DNA from: an uncultured Verrucomicrobiota bacterium
GTDB taxonomy: Bacteria > Verrucomicrobiota > Kiritimatiellia > CAIVKH01
Length of the DNA: 64,000 bases
Assembly (NCBI GenBank): GCA_937996795.1
Contig: CALKUH010000045.1
Location: 3,541 to 67,540, forward strand
Reading direction: 5' to 3'
Part shown: piece by piece, positions 1 through 12,076 of the stretch
Position numbering within the stretch: the stretch's first letter is position 1
Layout of the letters: each line of letters opens with the position of its first letter
Position numbers and translations under genes: made by a program
Notes under the pieces: generated by a model
The model's input: only the letters and a program-made list of their open reading frames with translations
Database searches by the model: none
What the model was told of the DNA's origin: nothing

Positions 1-2
1 AG

Positions 3-530
3 CTTGATACGACAAACGTCCTTGGACCATTTTTCTATCGGCATGGGGAAATACTCCAAATTGGAACAAATTCTTATGAAATCAGTCAAATCTCCACGAA
101 AGCATCCGAAACCCGGGAGAGGCTCAAAAGAGTTATCATACCGTCGATCGAGTTCCGAAACGCCGTGGTGCCGGATGTGCTCAACTTTTTGATTGAAGCA
201 AGCAGTCGGCGTCCGGATGACGTTGTCAATATCGCGCCAATTGGACTGTGCATTAATTCGCCTGCCGCCACAAACGATCCCGCTGCGGTGAACGATTTCG
301 GTGATTCGTTCGGTTGGCCAACTGCAAGCACGAGCATCGGAAAAACCATCACGCTTAATCTTCAAAGGATTACTTTGTACGACGCAATTGACACAATCTC
401 CAAGGTGCTTGGAGTTGATTTCTGGATAGACGACAACGGCGTTGTTTTCTTTGGGAAGAAGGGTCCAAACCCATCTGAAAACCAATCCATCCTTCCATCT
501 GACCGCGGGGCGTCGGCGAGTCCGGAGTAG
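3..530 (+). CDS. 3' end of a gene that begins upstream of the window. The encoded C-terminal region has two beta-alpha modules resembling STN or secretin-N short domains. The segment is visibly lower in G+C than its flanks.
   Basis: The frame is open from base 3 to the stop at 528-530. Motifs such as ITLNLQRITLYDAIDTISKVLGVDFWIDDNGVVFF fit an STN-like pattern. The stretch is AT-rich compared with the rest of the window. Confidence 0.45.
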   Translation, partial: LDTTNVLGPFFYRHGEILQIGTNSYEISQISTKASETRERLKRVIIPSIEFRNAVVPDVLNFLIEASSRRPDDVVNIAPIGLCINSPAATNDPAAVNDFGDSFGWPTASTSIGKTITLNLQRITLYDAIDTISKVLGVDFWIDDNGVVFFGKKGPNPSENQSILPSDRGASASPE

Positions 531-585
531 AATCCGCCCGAGTATTGCCCGCAGCTCCGCACCAACGGTTCATTCTTTCGGAGCA

Positions 586-1329
586 TCAGGCATTCCGACT
601 ACGCCGGAATGACGCGATGACGGGGGTGCCCCGGCGCGCGGTGAGACCGAGGCGGTCGGGGAGCCACTCCAAGGTGGCGGAGAGCGCGGGCGCGCGCAGC
701 GTGCGGTGCAGGACCATGGGCCACAGGAACTGGCCGCGCCGCTCATGGGTGGTGAACCCCGCGGCGGCCATCGCGCCCGCCACCTCCGCATGCGTGAAGT
801 TGCGCCAGGTCCGCGTATTTTTCTCCACCTTCTGCTTGGCGGCGAAGAGCCACGGCGCGAGCGCGTTGAGACCCGAGGCGAGCGGATAGTCCACGATCAC
901 CACCGTGCGCGCGACACGCGCGAGTTCGCGCAACAACGCCGGCCAGCGTTCGCAGTGCGGCAGCAGGCGCACGCTTACCACGGCGTCGAACGAAGCGTCC
1001 GGGAAGGGGAGGGCGATCACATTCCCGACAACGAACGTGCAGCGCTGCGCGGCGACGAGGTCCGCGATGCGTTCCGCGCAGGACGCATCGCTGCCGAGGA
1101 CCGTGACGTCGAACCCCGCCTGTGCCAGCGGGCGGGCGAGCTGGCCGTGTCCGCCGCCGACATCGAGCAGCGTGCGCGCGCCGGCGCTTTCCAGCTGGGC
1201 GCGCACCGCGCGCTCCTGTCGTTTCAGCAGCCATGCGCCCACCGGGCCCGCGAAGCGCGCGGCGTAGCCGGCGGACGACGTCTCAATGTCCGCCGTCTCG
1301 GGGAACGCGTGTTCGGGGTGATCGGTCAT
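586..1329 (-). CDS. Class I SAM-dependent methyltransferase
   Basis: It carries the LDVGGGHGQLA glycine-rich SAM-binding motif and a Methyltransf_11-like core. The ATG at 1329 is preferred over the TTG at 1356. Confidence 0.7.
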   Translation of the reverse strand: MTDHPEHAFPETADIETSSAGYAARFAGPVGAWLLKRQERAVRAQLESAGARTLLDVGGGHGQLARPLAQAGFDVTVLGSDASCAERIADLVAAQRCTFVVGNVIALPFPDASFDAVVSVRLLPHCERWPALLRELARVARTVVIVDYPLASGLNALAPWLFAAKQKVEKNTRTWRNFTHAEVAGAMAAAGFTTHERRGQFLWPMVLHRTLRAPALSATLEWLPDRLGLTARRGTPVIASFRRSRNA

Positions 1330-1350
1330 ACAGGGGCACGTTCGCAGAAT

Positions 1351-1399
1351 TTGCAACGTCTGTAAAAACTCTTCGGAACGGTTTGCAACGTCTGTAAAA
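1351..1399. repeat. Paired 17-bp motif TTGCAACGTCTGTAAAA, locus 1. The copies are at 1351-1367 and 1383-1399, a 32-bp period.
   Basis: Two exact copies are read directly in the divergent intergenic region between the methyltransferase and the phosphodiesterase. Confidence 0.8.
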
Positions 1400-1450
1400 C
1401 ATTTTTCGGGGTTGGACGAACAGGGGTGTCGTCGTTATCTTTTCAGGCCT

Positions 1451-2203
1451 ATGAAGTTGATCGCGCATCGGGGGGCGTCGCGCGAAGCGCCGGAGAACAC
1501 GATTCCGGCGATTCACCTGGCGTGGCAGGAGAAGGCGGATGGCGTCGAGATCGACGTGCGGCTCACGTCGGACGGCAAGGTCGTCCTGATGCACGATGAA
1601 AACGTGCTGCGCACCGCCGGCAAGAACCTGGAGGTTGCGTACCAGCCCTGGGACGCGTTGCGGGTGCTGGATGCGGGCGTGTGGATGAGTCCGCGCTGGA
1701 AGGGCACGCAGATTCCGCTGTTGCGCGATGTGCTCAAGATGCTGCCGGGCGGTCGCACGTTGTGGATCGAGGTGAAGTCCGGCACGGACATCATCCCGGC
1801 GTTGAAGGCGGACATTGAGGTGCGGAAGCCGCCGATGGACGCGATCAAGTTCCTCGGTTTCAGCGCGCATGTGATGGGCGAATTGAAGAAGGTGTTCCCG
1901 AAGCACGGCGTTTATTTGAATGTCGAGCCGCGCGGTTTTCCGAATGCGCCGAATCCGTGGGCGGCGGACCTGCTGGTGGCGCAGGCGCGTCGGTCGCATC
2001 TGGACGGGTTGAGCGTGGGGCTTTCCGATGCCGTGGATGAGGCGTTTATCAAGACTGTGCACGAATCGGGCCTCGATCTGACGGGGTGGGTGGCGGACGA
2101 CGAGCATGTAGCGCTGCGCCTCGCGCGCGCGGGGTTGCGGTCGGTGATGACGAATCGCCCGGCGTATATCCGGCATCGCCTGCGGGACCACGGGGTGTCG
2201 TGA
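1451..2203 (+). CDS. Glycerophosphodiester phosphodiesterase (GDPD family)
   Basis: It has the LIAHRGAS motif and a GDPD fold-type sequence. The ATG at 1451 is preferred over the upstream alternative. Confidence 0.75.
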   Translation: MKLIAHRGASREAPENTIPAIHLAWQEKADGVEIDVRLTSDGKVVLMHDENVLRTAGKNLEVAYQPWDALRVLDAGVWMSPRWKGTQIPLLRDVLKMLPGGRTLWIEVKSGTDIIPALKADIEVRKPPMDAIKFLGFSAHVMGELKKVFPKHGVYLNVEPRGFPNAPNPWAADLLVAQARRSHLDGLSVGLSDAVDEAFIKTVHESGLDLTGWVADDEHVALRLARAGLRSVMTNRPAYIRHRLRDHGVS

Positions 2204-3021
2204 GTCCGCCCGCTTCGCGCGCGCGGGCGGCCGCGTTGCGGGAGCGGCTCGAATCGATCTACACGCGCTATCACCGCGCCGACTTGATTGAACCCGACCC
2301 GCTCCAGTGGGTGCGGCGTTTCCCGGACCTGCGCGACCGCGAGCTCGTGGCGCTGCTGGCCGCGGCGCTGGCGTTCGGGCGCGTGTCCCACATCCTCGCG
2401 AGTTTGGGGAAGCTGTTGCCGCGCATGGGCGGGCGTCCGGCGGAGTGGTTGCAAGGGGCCAGCGACGCGCAGGTGGCGCGCGTGTGCGCGGGGTGCCGGC
2501 ACCGGTGGACGACAGCGGACGAGATGGCGAACCTGTTGCGCGCGGTGCGGGGTGTGCAGCGCGCGGAGGGATCGATGGCCGCCGCGTGGGCGGGATCAAT
2601 CCGACCCGGCGACCGCGATGCGCACGATACGCTGGCGCGTTGGGTGGCGCTGCTCGATGCCCACGGGCTGGCGCCCGACAACTCGATGATTCCGCGCCCT
2701 GAGCGTTCCTCGGCGTGCAAGCGGCTGCATCTGTTTTTGCGGTGGATGATCCGGTGCGACGCGGTGGACCCGGGTGGATGGCCCGATGTGCCCGCGCGGC
2801 TGGTGGTGCCTTTGGATGTGCACATGCACCGGATGGCGCGTGTGATGGGGCTGACGCGGAGGCGCGCGGCGGATTTGCGGACCGCGCGGCAGATCACGGC
2901 CGCCTATGCGCGGGTGTGTCCGGAGGACCCCGTTCGGTATGATTTTGCCCTCACGCGGATGCCGATTCACGAGGGGTTGGGGGTGGCGGAGGTGCGGGGG
3001 ATGCTTCGCCCGGGTGGGTGA
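2200..3021 (+). CDS. Conserved hypothetical protein, TIGR02757/DUF2400-like
   Basis: It is a long ORF with codon bias typical of this genome. A GTG start overlaps the upstream stop. The family assignment is tentative. Confidence 0.4.
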   Translation: MSPPASRARAAALRERLESIYTRYHRADLIEPDPLQWVRRFPDLRDRELVALLAAALAFGRVSHILASLGKLLPRMGGRPAEWLQGASDAQVARVCAGCRHRWTTADEMANLLRAVRGVQRAEGSMAAAWAGSIRPGDRDAHDTLARWVALLDAHGLAPDNSMIPRPERSSACKRLHLFLRWMIRCDAVDPGGWPDVPARLVVPLDVHMHRMARVMGLTRRRAADLRTARQITAAYARVCPEDPVRYDFALTRMPIHEGLGVAEVRGMLRPGG

Positions 3022-3092
3022 AGGTGGGTCTTGCGCTCCGGTCGGAAGGTCGGTACGTTCTCCGGCTCGATCCATCAGAACCAAAGGAACCT

Positions 3093-3320
3093 ATGCCCGG
3101 CGGCAAAGAAGACATCATTGAAATGGACGGGACGGTGACGAAAGTCCTGCCCGCGACCATGTATCGTGTGAAACTGGCCAGTGGTCACGAAATCCTGGCC
3201 CACATCTCCGGCAAGATGCGCAAGCACTTCATCAAGATCACCAATGGTGACCGGGTGAAGGTGGAGATGTCCCCCTACGACCTGACCAAGGGTCGGATTA
3301 CCTTCCGCCACCGCGTTTGA
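3093..3320 (+). CDS. infA: Translation initiation factor IF-1
   Basis: It has the [20 protein letters not shown] and KGRITFR S1-like IF-1 signature. An AAGGAA ribosome-binding site sits upstream of the ATG at 3093. Confidence 0.9.
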   Translation: MPGGKEDIIEMDGTVTKVLPATMYRVKLASGHEILAHISGKMRKHFIKITNGDRVKVEMSPYDLTKGRITFRHRV

Positions 3321-4173
3321 TTCGCGCGGGCGCGAGCCCCAGTTCGATCAGCGCCGCCCGGAAATCCTCCGGCGGCGTTGCCTGTACGCGCCGCTGCGCG
3401 CCGGTATCCGGGTCGCGCCAGCTCAACCGCCACGCGTGCAGCATCTGCCGCGGGATGTGCCGCAGCGTGTCGTCCTTCACCTTGCGTGTCGCGTAGGTGC
3501 GGTCGCCCGCGAGCGGGAAGCCGGCGGCCTGCAGGTGGACGCGAATCTGGTGGGTGCGTCCCGTATGCGGGCGCGCCTCGATATGCGCGGCCTGCGGTGT
3601 GCGGCGGAGCAGCCGGAATTCCGTGTGCGCGGTTTGCCCTTCGACCGGCCGGTCCATTTCCTTCAGCGTGTGCGGGAAGGGGCCCATCGCGATGGCCTGG
3701 TACACTTTTTCGATCGTGCGTTCGGAGAATTGCGCCTCGAACGCGGCCTGTGCTTCCGGCGTGCGGGCGAAGAGCAGGCAGCCGCTCGTGTCGCGGTCGA
3801 GCCGGTGCACGGGCAGGATTTCCGGGTGTTGCTGTTTGACGCGCGATTCGGCGCTTTCGGGGCCCAGGCTGACGAGGCCGGCGGGTTTGTCCACCACCAG
3901 GCAGCGGGCGTCGCTGTAGAGCAGGCGCAGCTCCGGTTTGCGCACGACCTCGGCGCGGGGGAGGATGGCCGCTTCGACGACATCACCCATGCGCAACTCG
4001 TGGTGCGCGATCCAGATGCGGCGTTTGTTCACAAAGACCCGGCGCTCATCGAGCAGGCGCTTGGCCTGCTTGCGGGAAATCCCGAGCTTCATGGTGAGGA
4101 ATCGATCCAGTTGCAGTCCGCTTTCCGGCTGCCGGACGGTGATGAGGGTGGGAACAGGCATGCCGTGGACCAT
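3298..4173 (-). CDS. rluD: RluA-family 23S rRNA pseudouridine synthase with an N-terminal S4 domain (RluD-like)
   Basis: An S4-like N-terminus is followed by the HRLDRDTSG catalytic motif. The start was trimmed to the internal ATG. Confidence 0.7.
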   Translation of the reverse strand: MVHGMPVPTLITVRQPESGLQLDRFLTMKLGISRKQAKRLLDERRVFVNKRRIWIAHHELRMGDVVEAAILPRAEVVRKPELRLLYSDARCLVVDKPAGLVSLGPESAESRVKQQHPEILPVHRLDRDTSGCLLFARTPEAQAAFEAQFSERTIEKVYQAIAMGPFPHTLKEMDRPVEGQTAHTEFRLLRRTPQAAHIEARPHTGRTHQIRVHLQAAGFPLAGDRTYATRKVKDDTLRHIPRQMLHAWRLSWRDPDTGAQRRVQATPPEDFRAALIELGLAPARIKRGGGR

Positions 4174-4257
4174 AGCGGGCCGGGGCGGAATGACCAATGG
4201 GGAAATTCCGAATGACGCGCGGGGCGGTGCGGAGTAAACTTCTTTCGGGGCGAAGCG

Positions 4258-5346
4258 ATGAAGTGGCAATCGTCAGACGTGGCGCCGACGCGGCACTGGG
4301 AGTCGTTGCCCGGGGGGCGGGTGCAGTGCAATGTGTGTCCGAACCATTGCCGGCTGGCGGAGGGGCAGCGCGGGGCGTGTTTCGTGCGGATGGCGCAGGG
4401 CGGGGCGGTGGTGTTGACGACGTACGGGCGGTCGAGCGGGTTCTGCATCGACCCGATTGAGAAGAAGCCGCTCAACCATTTCCTGCCCGGCACGCCGATC
4501 CTGTCGTTCGGCACGGCGGGTTGCAACTTGGCGTGCCGGTTCTGCCAGAACTGGGACATTAGCAAGTCGCGCGAGATGGATACGCTGGCCGATGCGGCGA
4601 CGCCGGAGGCGCTGGCCGACGCGGCGGTGCGGCTGGGGTGTCCCAGCGTCGCGTTCACGTACAACGATCCGGTCGTGTTCATGGAATACGCCATCGACAT
4701 CGCGAACGCGTGCCACGCGCGCGGCGTGAAGGCGGTCGCGGTCACCGCGGGATACATGTGCGATGCGCCGCGCCGCGAGTTTTATGCGCACATGGACGCG
4801 GCGAACGTGGACCTGAAGGGTTTCACCGAATCCTTTTATCAGAAAATCTGCGGCGCCCGCCTGGACAACGTGCTGGAGACGCTGGTGTATCTCAAGCGGG
4901 AGACGGCGGTGTGGTTCGAGCTGACGACGCTGTTGATTCCGGGCGAAAACGATTCGGAGGCGGAGATCGACGCGATGACGAAGTGGGTGGCGCGCGAACT
5001 GGGTCCCGACGTGCCGCATCACTTCACGGCGTTTCACCCGGACTACAAGATGCTGGATCATCCGCCGACGCCGCCGGAGACGCTGTCGCGCGCGCGCGCC
5101 ATTGCGATGGGGAACGGACTGCGTTTTGTGTACACCGGCAACGTGCGCGACGAGGTGGGGGGCAGCACCTGGTGCCCCGGCTGCGGCGCCCGCGTGATCG
5201 GGCGCGATGGCTACACGATTACGGAGTGGCGGCTGGGCGACGCTGGCCGCTGCGCCGGCTGCGGCACACGGATCCCCGGGGTTTTTGCGGGAAGGCCCGG
5301 CGACTGGGGCGCGCGCCGGCAGGTCGTGCGCCTGTCGGGTCGGTGA
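4258..5346 (+). CDS. amrS: AmmeMemoRadiSam-system radical SAM enzyme
   Basis: It has the CNVCPNHC and CNLACRFCQN cysteine clusters and overall similarity to the AmrS/PFL-activase-like family. Confidence 0.7.
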   Translation: MKWQSSDVAPTRHWESLPGGRVQCNVCPNHCRLAEGQRGACFVRMAQGGAVVLTTYGRSSGFCIDPIEKKPLNHFLPGTPILSFGTAGCNLACRFCQNWDISKSREMDTLADAATPEALADAAVRLGCPSVAFTYNDPVVFMEYAIDIANACHARGVKAVAVTAGYMCDAPRREFYAHMDAANVDLKGFTESFYQKICGARLDNVLETLVYLKRETAVWFELTTLLIPGENDSEAEIDAMTKWVARELGPDVPHHFTAFHPDYKMLDHPPTPPETLSRARAIAMGNGLRFVYTGNVRDEVGGSTWCPGCGARVIGRDGYTITEWRLGDAGRCAGCGTRIPGVFAGRPGDWGARRQVVRLSGR

Positions 5347-5352
5347 GGCCGG

Positions 5353-6429
5353 CTATTCTTTTTTCGCGGGTTCCGCGGAGCGGCCCTCGTTCCAGGAAAC
5401 CGCCACGCCGGCGGCGAGGATGACGAACACCAGGCCGAGCAGGTAGAGGTTAAACGACTCGCCGAGGGCGACTTTCAGCGGCTTCGCGAACAGCATTTTC
5501 AGGCCGACGATCATCAGCACCAGCGAGAGGGACAGCTTGAGGTAGCGGAACCGGTCGAGCATGCCGGCGAGCGCGAAGTAGAGGGAACGCAGGCCGAGAA
5601 TGGCGAAGACATTGCTGGTGAAGACGAGGAACGGGTCGGCGGTGATCGCGAAGATGGCGGGGATCGAATCCACGGCGAAGATCAGGTCCGCCGTCTCCAC
5701 CATGATCAGCGCGAGGGCGAGCGGTGTCAGCAGCCAGGTCCCGGCGCGCGCCTTTTCGAGGACGGGGTCGGGCGCGGTTTCGACCGAACCGGGCATGACG
5801 CCTTCGTGCGATTCGACGCTGCCCGCGCGGACGAGAAAATGCTGGCCGTGGAAGTGCGCCGTTACGGGCATGAACCGGCGGACCAGCCGCACGAGGATGT
5901 TGCGGTCCGGGTGGATGGTCTCCGCCTTGGCGAAGAGCATCTTGATGCCGGTGATCACGAGGAAAGCGCCGAAGAGGTAGAGGATCCAGTGGAACTGGGC
6001 GATCAGCGCCGCGCCGACGCCGATCATGATGCCGCGCAGCACCAGGGCGCCGAGCACGCCCCAGAACAGCACGCGGTGCTGGTAGATCGCCGGCACGCCG
6101 AAGAAGGTGAAGATCATCGCGATGACGAAGACGTTGTCGACGCTGAGCGATTTTTCGACGACATAACCGGTGACATATTTCAGCGCGGCGGTCCGGCCGT
6201 TGTTGACGAGGCCGTCGCAGGCGTCCGGCGCGAGCCCGAGGCCCAGCCAGTGGTTTTCGTAGCCGAAGTAGATGAAGATCGTGAACAGCAGGCCGAGCGT
6301 GATCCAGACGGCGGACCATTTCAGCGCTTCACGAATGGTGACGACATGCGCTTTGCGGTGGAACACACCCAGGTCCAGCGCCAGCATCAGCAGGACAAAC
6401 GAAACAAAGCCCACCCAGATCCAGATCAC
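5353..6429 (-). CDS. TerC-family integral membrane protein
   Basis: It has multiple TM segments and TerC/Alx-like conserved blocks. Confidence 0.7.
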   Translation of the reverse strand: MIWIWVGFVSFVLLMLALDLGVFHRKAHVVTIREALKWSAVWITLGLLFTIFIYFGYENHWLGLGLAPDACDGLVNNGRTAALKYVTGYVVEKSLSVDNVFVIAMIFTFFGVPAIYQHRVLFWGVLGALVLRGIMIGVGAALIAQFHWILYLFGAFLVITGIKMLFAKAETIHPDRNILVRLVRRFMPVTAHFHGQHFLVRAGSVESHEGVMPGSVETAPDPVLEKARAGTWLLTPLALALIMVETADLIFAVDSIPAIFAITADPFLVFTSNVFAILGLRSLYFALAGMLDRFRYLKLSLSLVLMIVGLKMLFAKPLKVALGESFNLYLLGLVFVILAAGVAVSWNEGRSAEPAKKE

Positions 6430-6511
6430 GGGGTACCTCCTTCAGGCGGCGCGCAATAAAGGCGGGCGGGGCGGCAAGATCAAGCGGAAACGGATGGCGC
6501 GACGCCGCGAA

Positions 6512-6874
6512 TCAGAAGTTCTGGCAGTAGGAGCAGAGCAACTGGCCCGACGTGGCGGTGCAGCGCAGGTGCTCGCGAGTGGTGTCGGGCAGGTCGAGAA
6601 ACTGAAGCCAGACGCGGTAGCGGTCGTGCTCCTTGTCCGGCTGGCAGCGGACGACGGCGCCGGTGCAGCGAACGCGGGTCCGGGCGCCATCCGCGCCGGG
6701 GGCGTCGATGCACACCTCAAGGATCGTGAACGGTTCCACCGCGTGCGTGAGGTGAAACTGCAACCCGAGCGGACACAGGTGGAAATCCTCCGGCTGGGTG
6801 ACGGGGGGCGCGGGTTCCGCCAGCACCGTCACCGGTCGTTTGGCCGATCCTGTTCCCATTGAGACTCGTGTCAT
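6512..6874 (-). CDS. Small cysteine-rich hypothetical protein, possibly PilZ-like
   Basis: It is a 121-codon ORF with good GC3 bias in the 570-bp gap between two same-strand genes. It ends in CSYCQNF. Confidence 0.35.
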   Translation of the reverse strand: MTRVSMGTGSAKRPVTVLAEPAPPVTQPEDFHLCPLGLQFHLTHAVEPFTILEVCIDAPGADGARTRVRCTGAVVRCQPDKEHDRYRVWLQFLDLPDTTREHLRCTATSGQLLCSYCQNF

Positions 6875-7000
6875 ATGCGCCCTGTTGCCGTCCTTGGGTG
6901 ACGATACGACAGGAATGGTGCGTGTCAAATGCGGGCGGGGGCACGAGGAGGAGAGGGAGACGTGAGGGGACGAGGACACGAGGGCACGAGCGAGGGGGGG

Positions 7001-9398
<2,398 letters not shown>

Positions 9399-9468
9399 TC
9401 ATTCGAACGCAACTCTGACCCGGTCCCGATCCCTCCACCGCGGGGGATCGGGACTTGGAGGAATCACC

Positions 9469-10728
9469 GTGAACAAGCTGACGATTGCCGACCTCGACCT
9501 CAAAGGGAAACGCGTCCTCATCCGGGTGGATTTCAATGTCCCGGTGGAAAACGGAAAGGTCATGGACGACACGCGCATCCGCGCGGCGCTGCCCACGATC
9601 AAGTACGTGCTCGATCACGGGGCGTCGGTGATCCTCATGAGCCACCTGGGTCGTCCCAAGGGCGGCAAGAACGAGCCGGAGTTCAGCTTGAAACCCGCGG
9701 CGGACCGCCTGTCCGATCTGATGCGCCGCCCGGTGCAATTCGCGCCGGATTGCGTGGGACCCCAGATCAAGGCGATGGCCGAATCGCTGCGCCGCGAACA
9801 ACACATCCTTCTGCTGGAGAACCTGCGTTTCCACAAGGAGGAGGAGGGCAAGGTCAAATTGCCCGAGACCGCGACCGACGAGGAGAAGAAGGCCGCGAAG
9901 TCCGAGATGAAGAAGAAGCAGGAGGAGTTCGCGCGCCAGTTGTCCGAACTCGGCGACCTCTACGTGAACGACGCCTTCGGCACGGCGCACCGCGCGCATG
10001 CCTCGACGGCCGTCATTTGCAAGTTTTTCAAGACCAATGCCGCGGGCTTCCTGATGGAGCGCGAGGTGAAGTACATGGGCCAGGCGCTGGCGAACCCCGA
10101 GCGCCCGTTCGTGGCGATCCTCGGCGGCGCGAAGGTGAGCGACAAGGTCAACGTCATCACCAACCTGCTCAACAAGGTCAACGCGCTGCTGATTGGCGGC
10201 GCGATGGCCTACACGTTCTACCGCGCCAAAGGCCTGCCGACCGGCAAGTCGCTGGTGGAGGAGGACAAGGTGGCGCTCGCGGCGGACCTGATCAAACAGG
10301 CGCAGGCCAAGGGCGTGAAACTGCTCCTGCCGGTGGATCATGTGATCGCGGATAAATTCGCGGCGGATGCGGCCCACAAGACGGTGGGCGAGGCGGGCAT
10401 CGCGGAGGGCTGGATGGCGCTCGATATCGGGCCCAAAACCGCGGAACTCTATGCGAAGGAAATCAGCGGCGCGAAGACGGTGATCTGGAACGGCCCGATG
10501 GGCTGCTTTGAGATGGAGCCGTATGCCGCTGGAACCATGTCCGTCGCGAAGGCGATTGCGGCGACGAAGTGCCTGAGCATCATTGGCGGCGGCGACAGCG
10601 TGGCCGCGGTGAACAAGAGCGGGCTCGCCGACAAGATGAGTCACATCAGCACCGGCGGCGGCGCGAGCCTCGAGTTCCTCGAGGGCAAGGCGCTGCCCGG
10701 CGTGGTCGCGCTGACGGACAAGGCCTGA
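9469..10728 (+). CDS. pgk: Phosphoglycerate kinase
   Basis: The full-length PGK signature is present. It has a GTG start with a GGAGGA ribosome-binding site. Confidence 0.95.
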   Translation: MNKLTIADLDLKGKRVLIRVDFNVPVENGKVMDDTRIRAALPTIKYVLDHGASVILMSHLGRPKGGKNEPEFSLKPAADRLSDLMRRPVQFAPDCVGPQIKAMAESLRREQHILLLENLRFHKEEEGKVKLPETATDEEKKAAKSEMKKKQEEFARQLSELGDLYVNDAFGTAHRAHASTAVICKFFKTNAAGFLMEREVKYMGQALANPERPFVAILGGAKVSDKVNVITNLLNKVNALLIGGAMAYTFYRAKGLPTGKSLVEEDKVALAADLIKQAQAKGVKLLLPVDHVIADKFAADAAHKTVGEAGIAEGWMALDIGPKTAELYAKEISGAKTVIWNGPMGCFEMEPYAAGTMSVAKAIAATKCLSIIGGGDSVAAVNKSGLADKMSHISTGGGASLEFLEGKALPGVVALTDKA

Positions 10729-10756
10729 AACACGTTTTTCCTGGGGGGAGTTCACG

Positions 10757-11521
10757 ATGCCGTCGCTGCGTAAACCGATTGTTGCCGGTAACTGGAAGAT
10801 GAACAAGACGGTCGCCGAGGCCATTGACCTGGCCACCGCGATCAAACGCGAACTCGGCGACTGCAAGGACGTCGACATCGTCCTGTGTCCGCCGTTCACT
10901 GCGCTCAAGTCCGTGAGCGAGGCGATCACCGGCAGCCACGTGGACCTCGGCGCGCAGAACATGCACTGGGAGAAGAGCGGCGCCTTTACGGGCGAGATCT
11001 CCGCCAGCATGTTGCGCGAACTGTATTGCCACTACGTCATCCTCGGCCACAGCGAGCGCCGCGCCTATTTCGGCGAGACGGACGAGATCATCAACAAGAA
11101 GACGAAGGCCGCGCTGGCGTCGAACCTGAAACCGATTGTCTGCATTGGCGAGACCCTGGCGGAGCGTGAGTCGGGCCGTATGAAGGATGTCATCGCGACG
11201 CAGATCCGCGGCAGCCTGGCGGACCTGTCGCCGCGCGAATTGGTCGAGTGCATCCTGGCGTATGAACCGGTCTGGGCCATCGGCACCGGCAAGACCGCGT
11301 CGCCGGAACAGGCGCAGGAGGTGCATGCCTACATCCGCGGCCTGTTGATCGACCTCGCCGACGAAGCGGTTGCCCAATCGGTCCGGATCCAATACGGTGG
11401 CAGCGTGAAGGCGTCGAATGCCCGCGAGTTGTTCAGCCAGCCGGATATCGACGGCGGTTTGATCGGCGGGGCGGCGTTGGAAGCACGGTCGTTCGTGGAA
11501 ATCGTCCGCGGCGCCATTTAG
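10757..11521 (+). CDS. tpiA: Triosephosphate isomerase
   Basis: It has the AYEPVWAIGTG and GGSVK motifs. Confidence 0.95.
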   Translation: MPSLRKPIVAGNWKMNKTVAEAIDLATAIKRELGDCKDVDIVLCPPFTALKSVSEAITGSHVDLGAQNMHWEKSGAFTGEISASMLRELYCHYVILGHSERRAYFGETDEIINKKTKAALASNLKPIVCIGETLAERESGRMKDVIATQIRGSLADLSPRELVECILAYEPVWAIGTGKTASPEQAQEVHAYIRGLLIDLADEAVAQSVRIQYGGSVKASNARELFSQPDIDGGLIGGAALEARSFVEIVRGAI

Positions 11522-11542
11522 TAGAACGGACTGGAGATTGTC

Positions 11543-11980
11543 ATGGGTATCCTGCGTGTGTTGTTGATCCTCGTTGAAGTGGTGACCTGCCTGCTGTTGG
11601 TGGGCGTGATCCTGCTTCAGAAATCGAAGAGCGAAGGGCTGGGTCTTGCGTTCGGCGCTGGCGTCGGTGAAACCCTGTTCGGGTCCCGCGCGGGCAACGT
11701 GTTGACGAAGATCACGGTCACGCTCGGCCTCGTGTTCCTTGCCAACACCGCGTTGCTGGGCATGATCTTCACCCACCAGACTGAAAAATCGATCATCGAC
11801 CAGCGCGTCGGTGCCGCGCCTGTCCAAATGGCCCCGGCGCCCACGCAGCAACCGGTTGAAGCCCCTGCGCCCGCGCCGACCTTGCTGCCCGGCGCAGGAC
11901 TGGACGCGCCGGTCGCTGCCCCCGCCGCTCCGGTGGTGGTGGAGCCCGCGCCGGTGGCCGCGCCTGCACCCGCGCAGTAA
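11543..11980 (+). CDS. secG: Preprotein translocase subunit SecG, with an Ala/Pro-rich C-terminal extension
   Basis: It has a SecG two-TM core (LLQKSKSEGLG) and sits after tpiA in the conserved order. Confidence 0.8.
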   Translation: MGILRVLLILVEVVTCLLLVGVILLQKSKSEGLGLAFGAGVGETLFGSRAGNVLTKITVTLGLVFLANTALLGMIFTHQTEKSIIDQRVGAAPVQMAPAPTQQPVEAPAPAPTLLPGAGLDAPVAAPAAPVVVEPAPVAAPAPAQ

Positions 11981-12076
11981 TTCGCGCCGCTTCGCCACGT
12001 CCAAAGCGCGCCGTCGCCTGATTTCCACTTTGGGCGGCGTTCCAGTTCCTGTACGGTACAGCGATTGGAAATCCGC

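Noticed and set aside
1351-1399. The 17-mer pairs might be sigma-54 (GG-N10-GC) or RpoE-type (GGAAC-N16-TCTGA) promoters. TTGCA and GGAAC/GTCTG substrings are present.
   Set aside because: The spacings do not fit. GG to GC is 8 nt rather than 10, and GGAAC to TCTG is 11 nt rather than about 16. GGAAC occurs only at locus 1, and locus 3 is not upstream of any gene.
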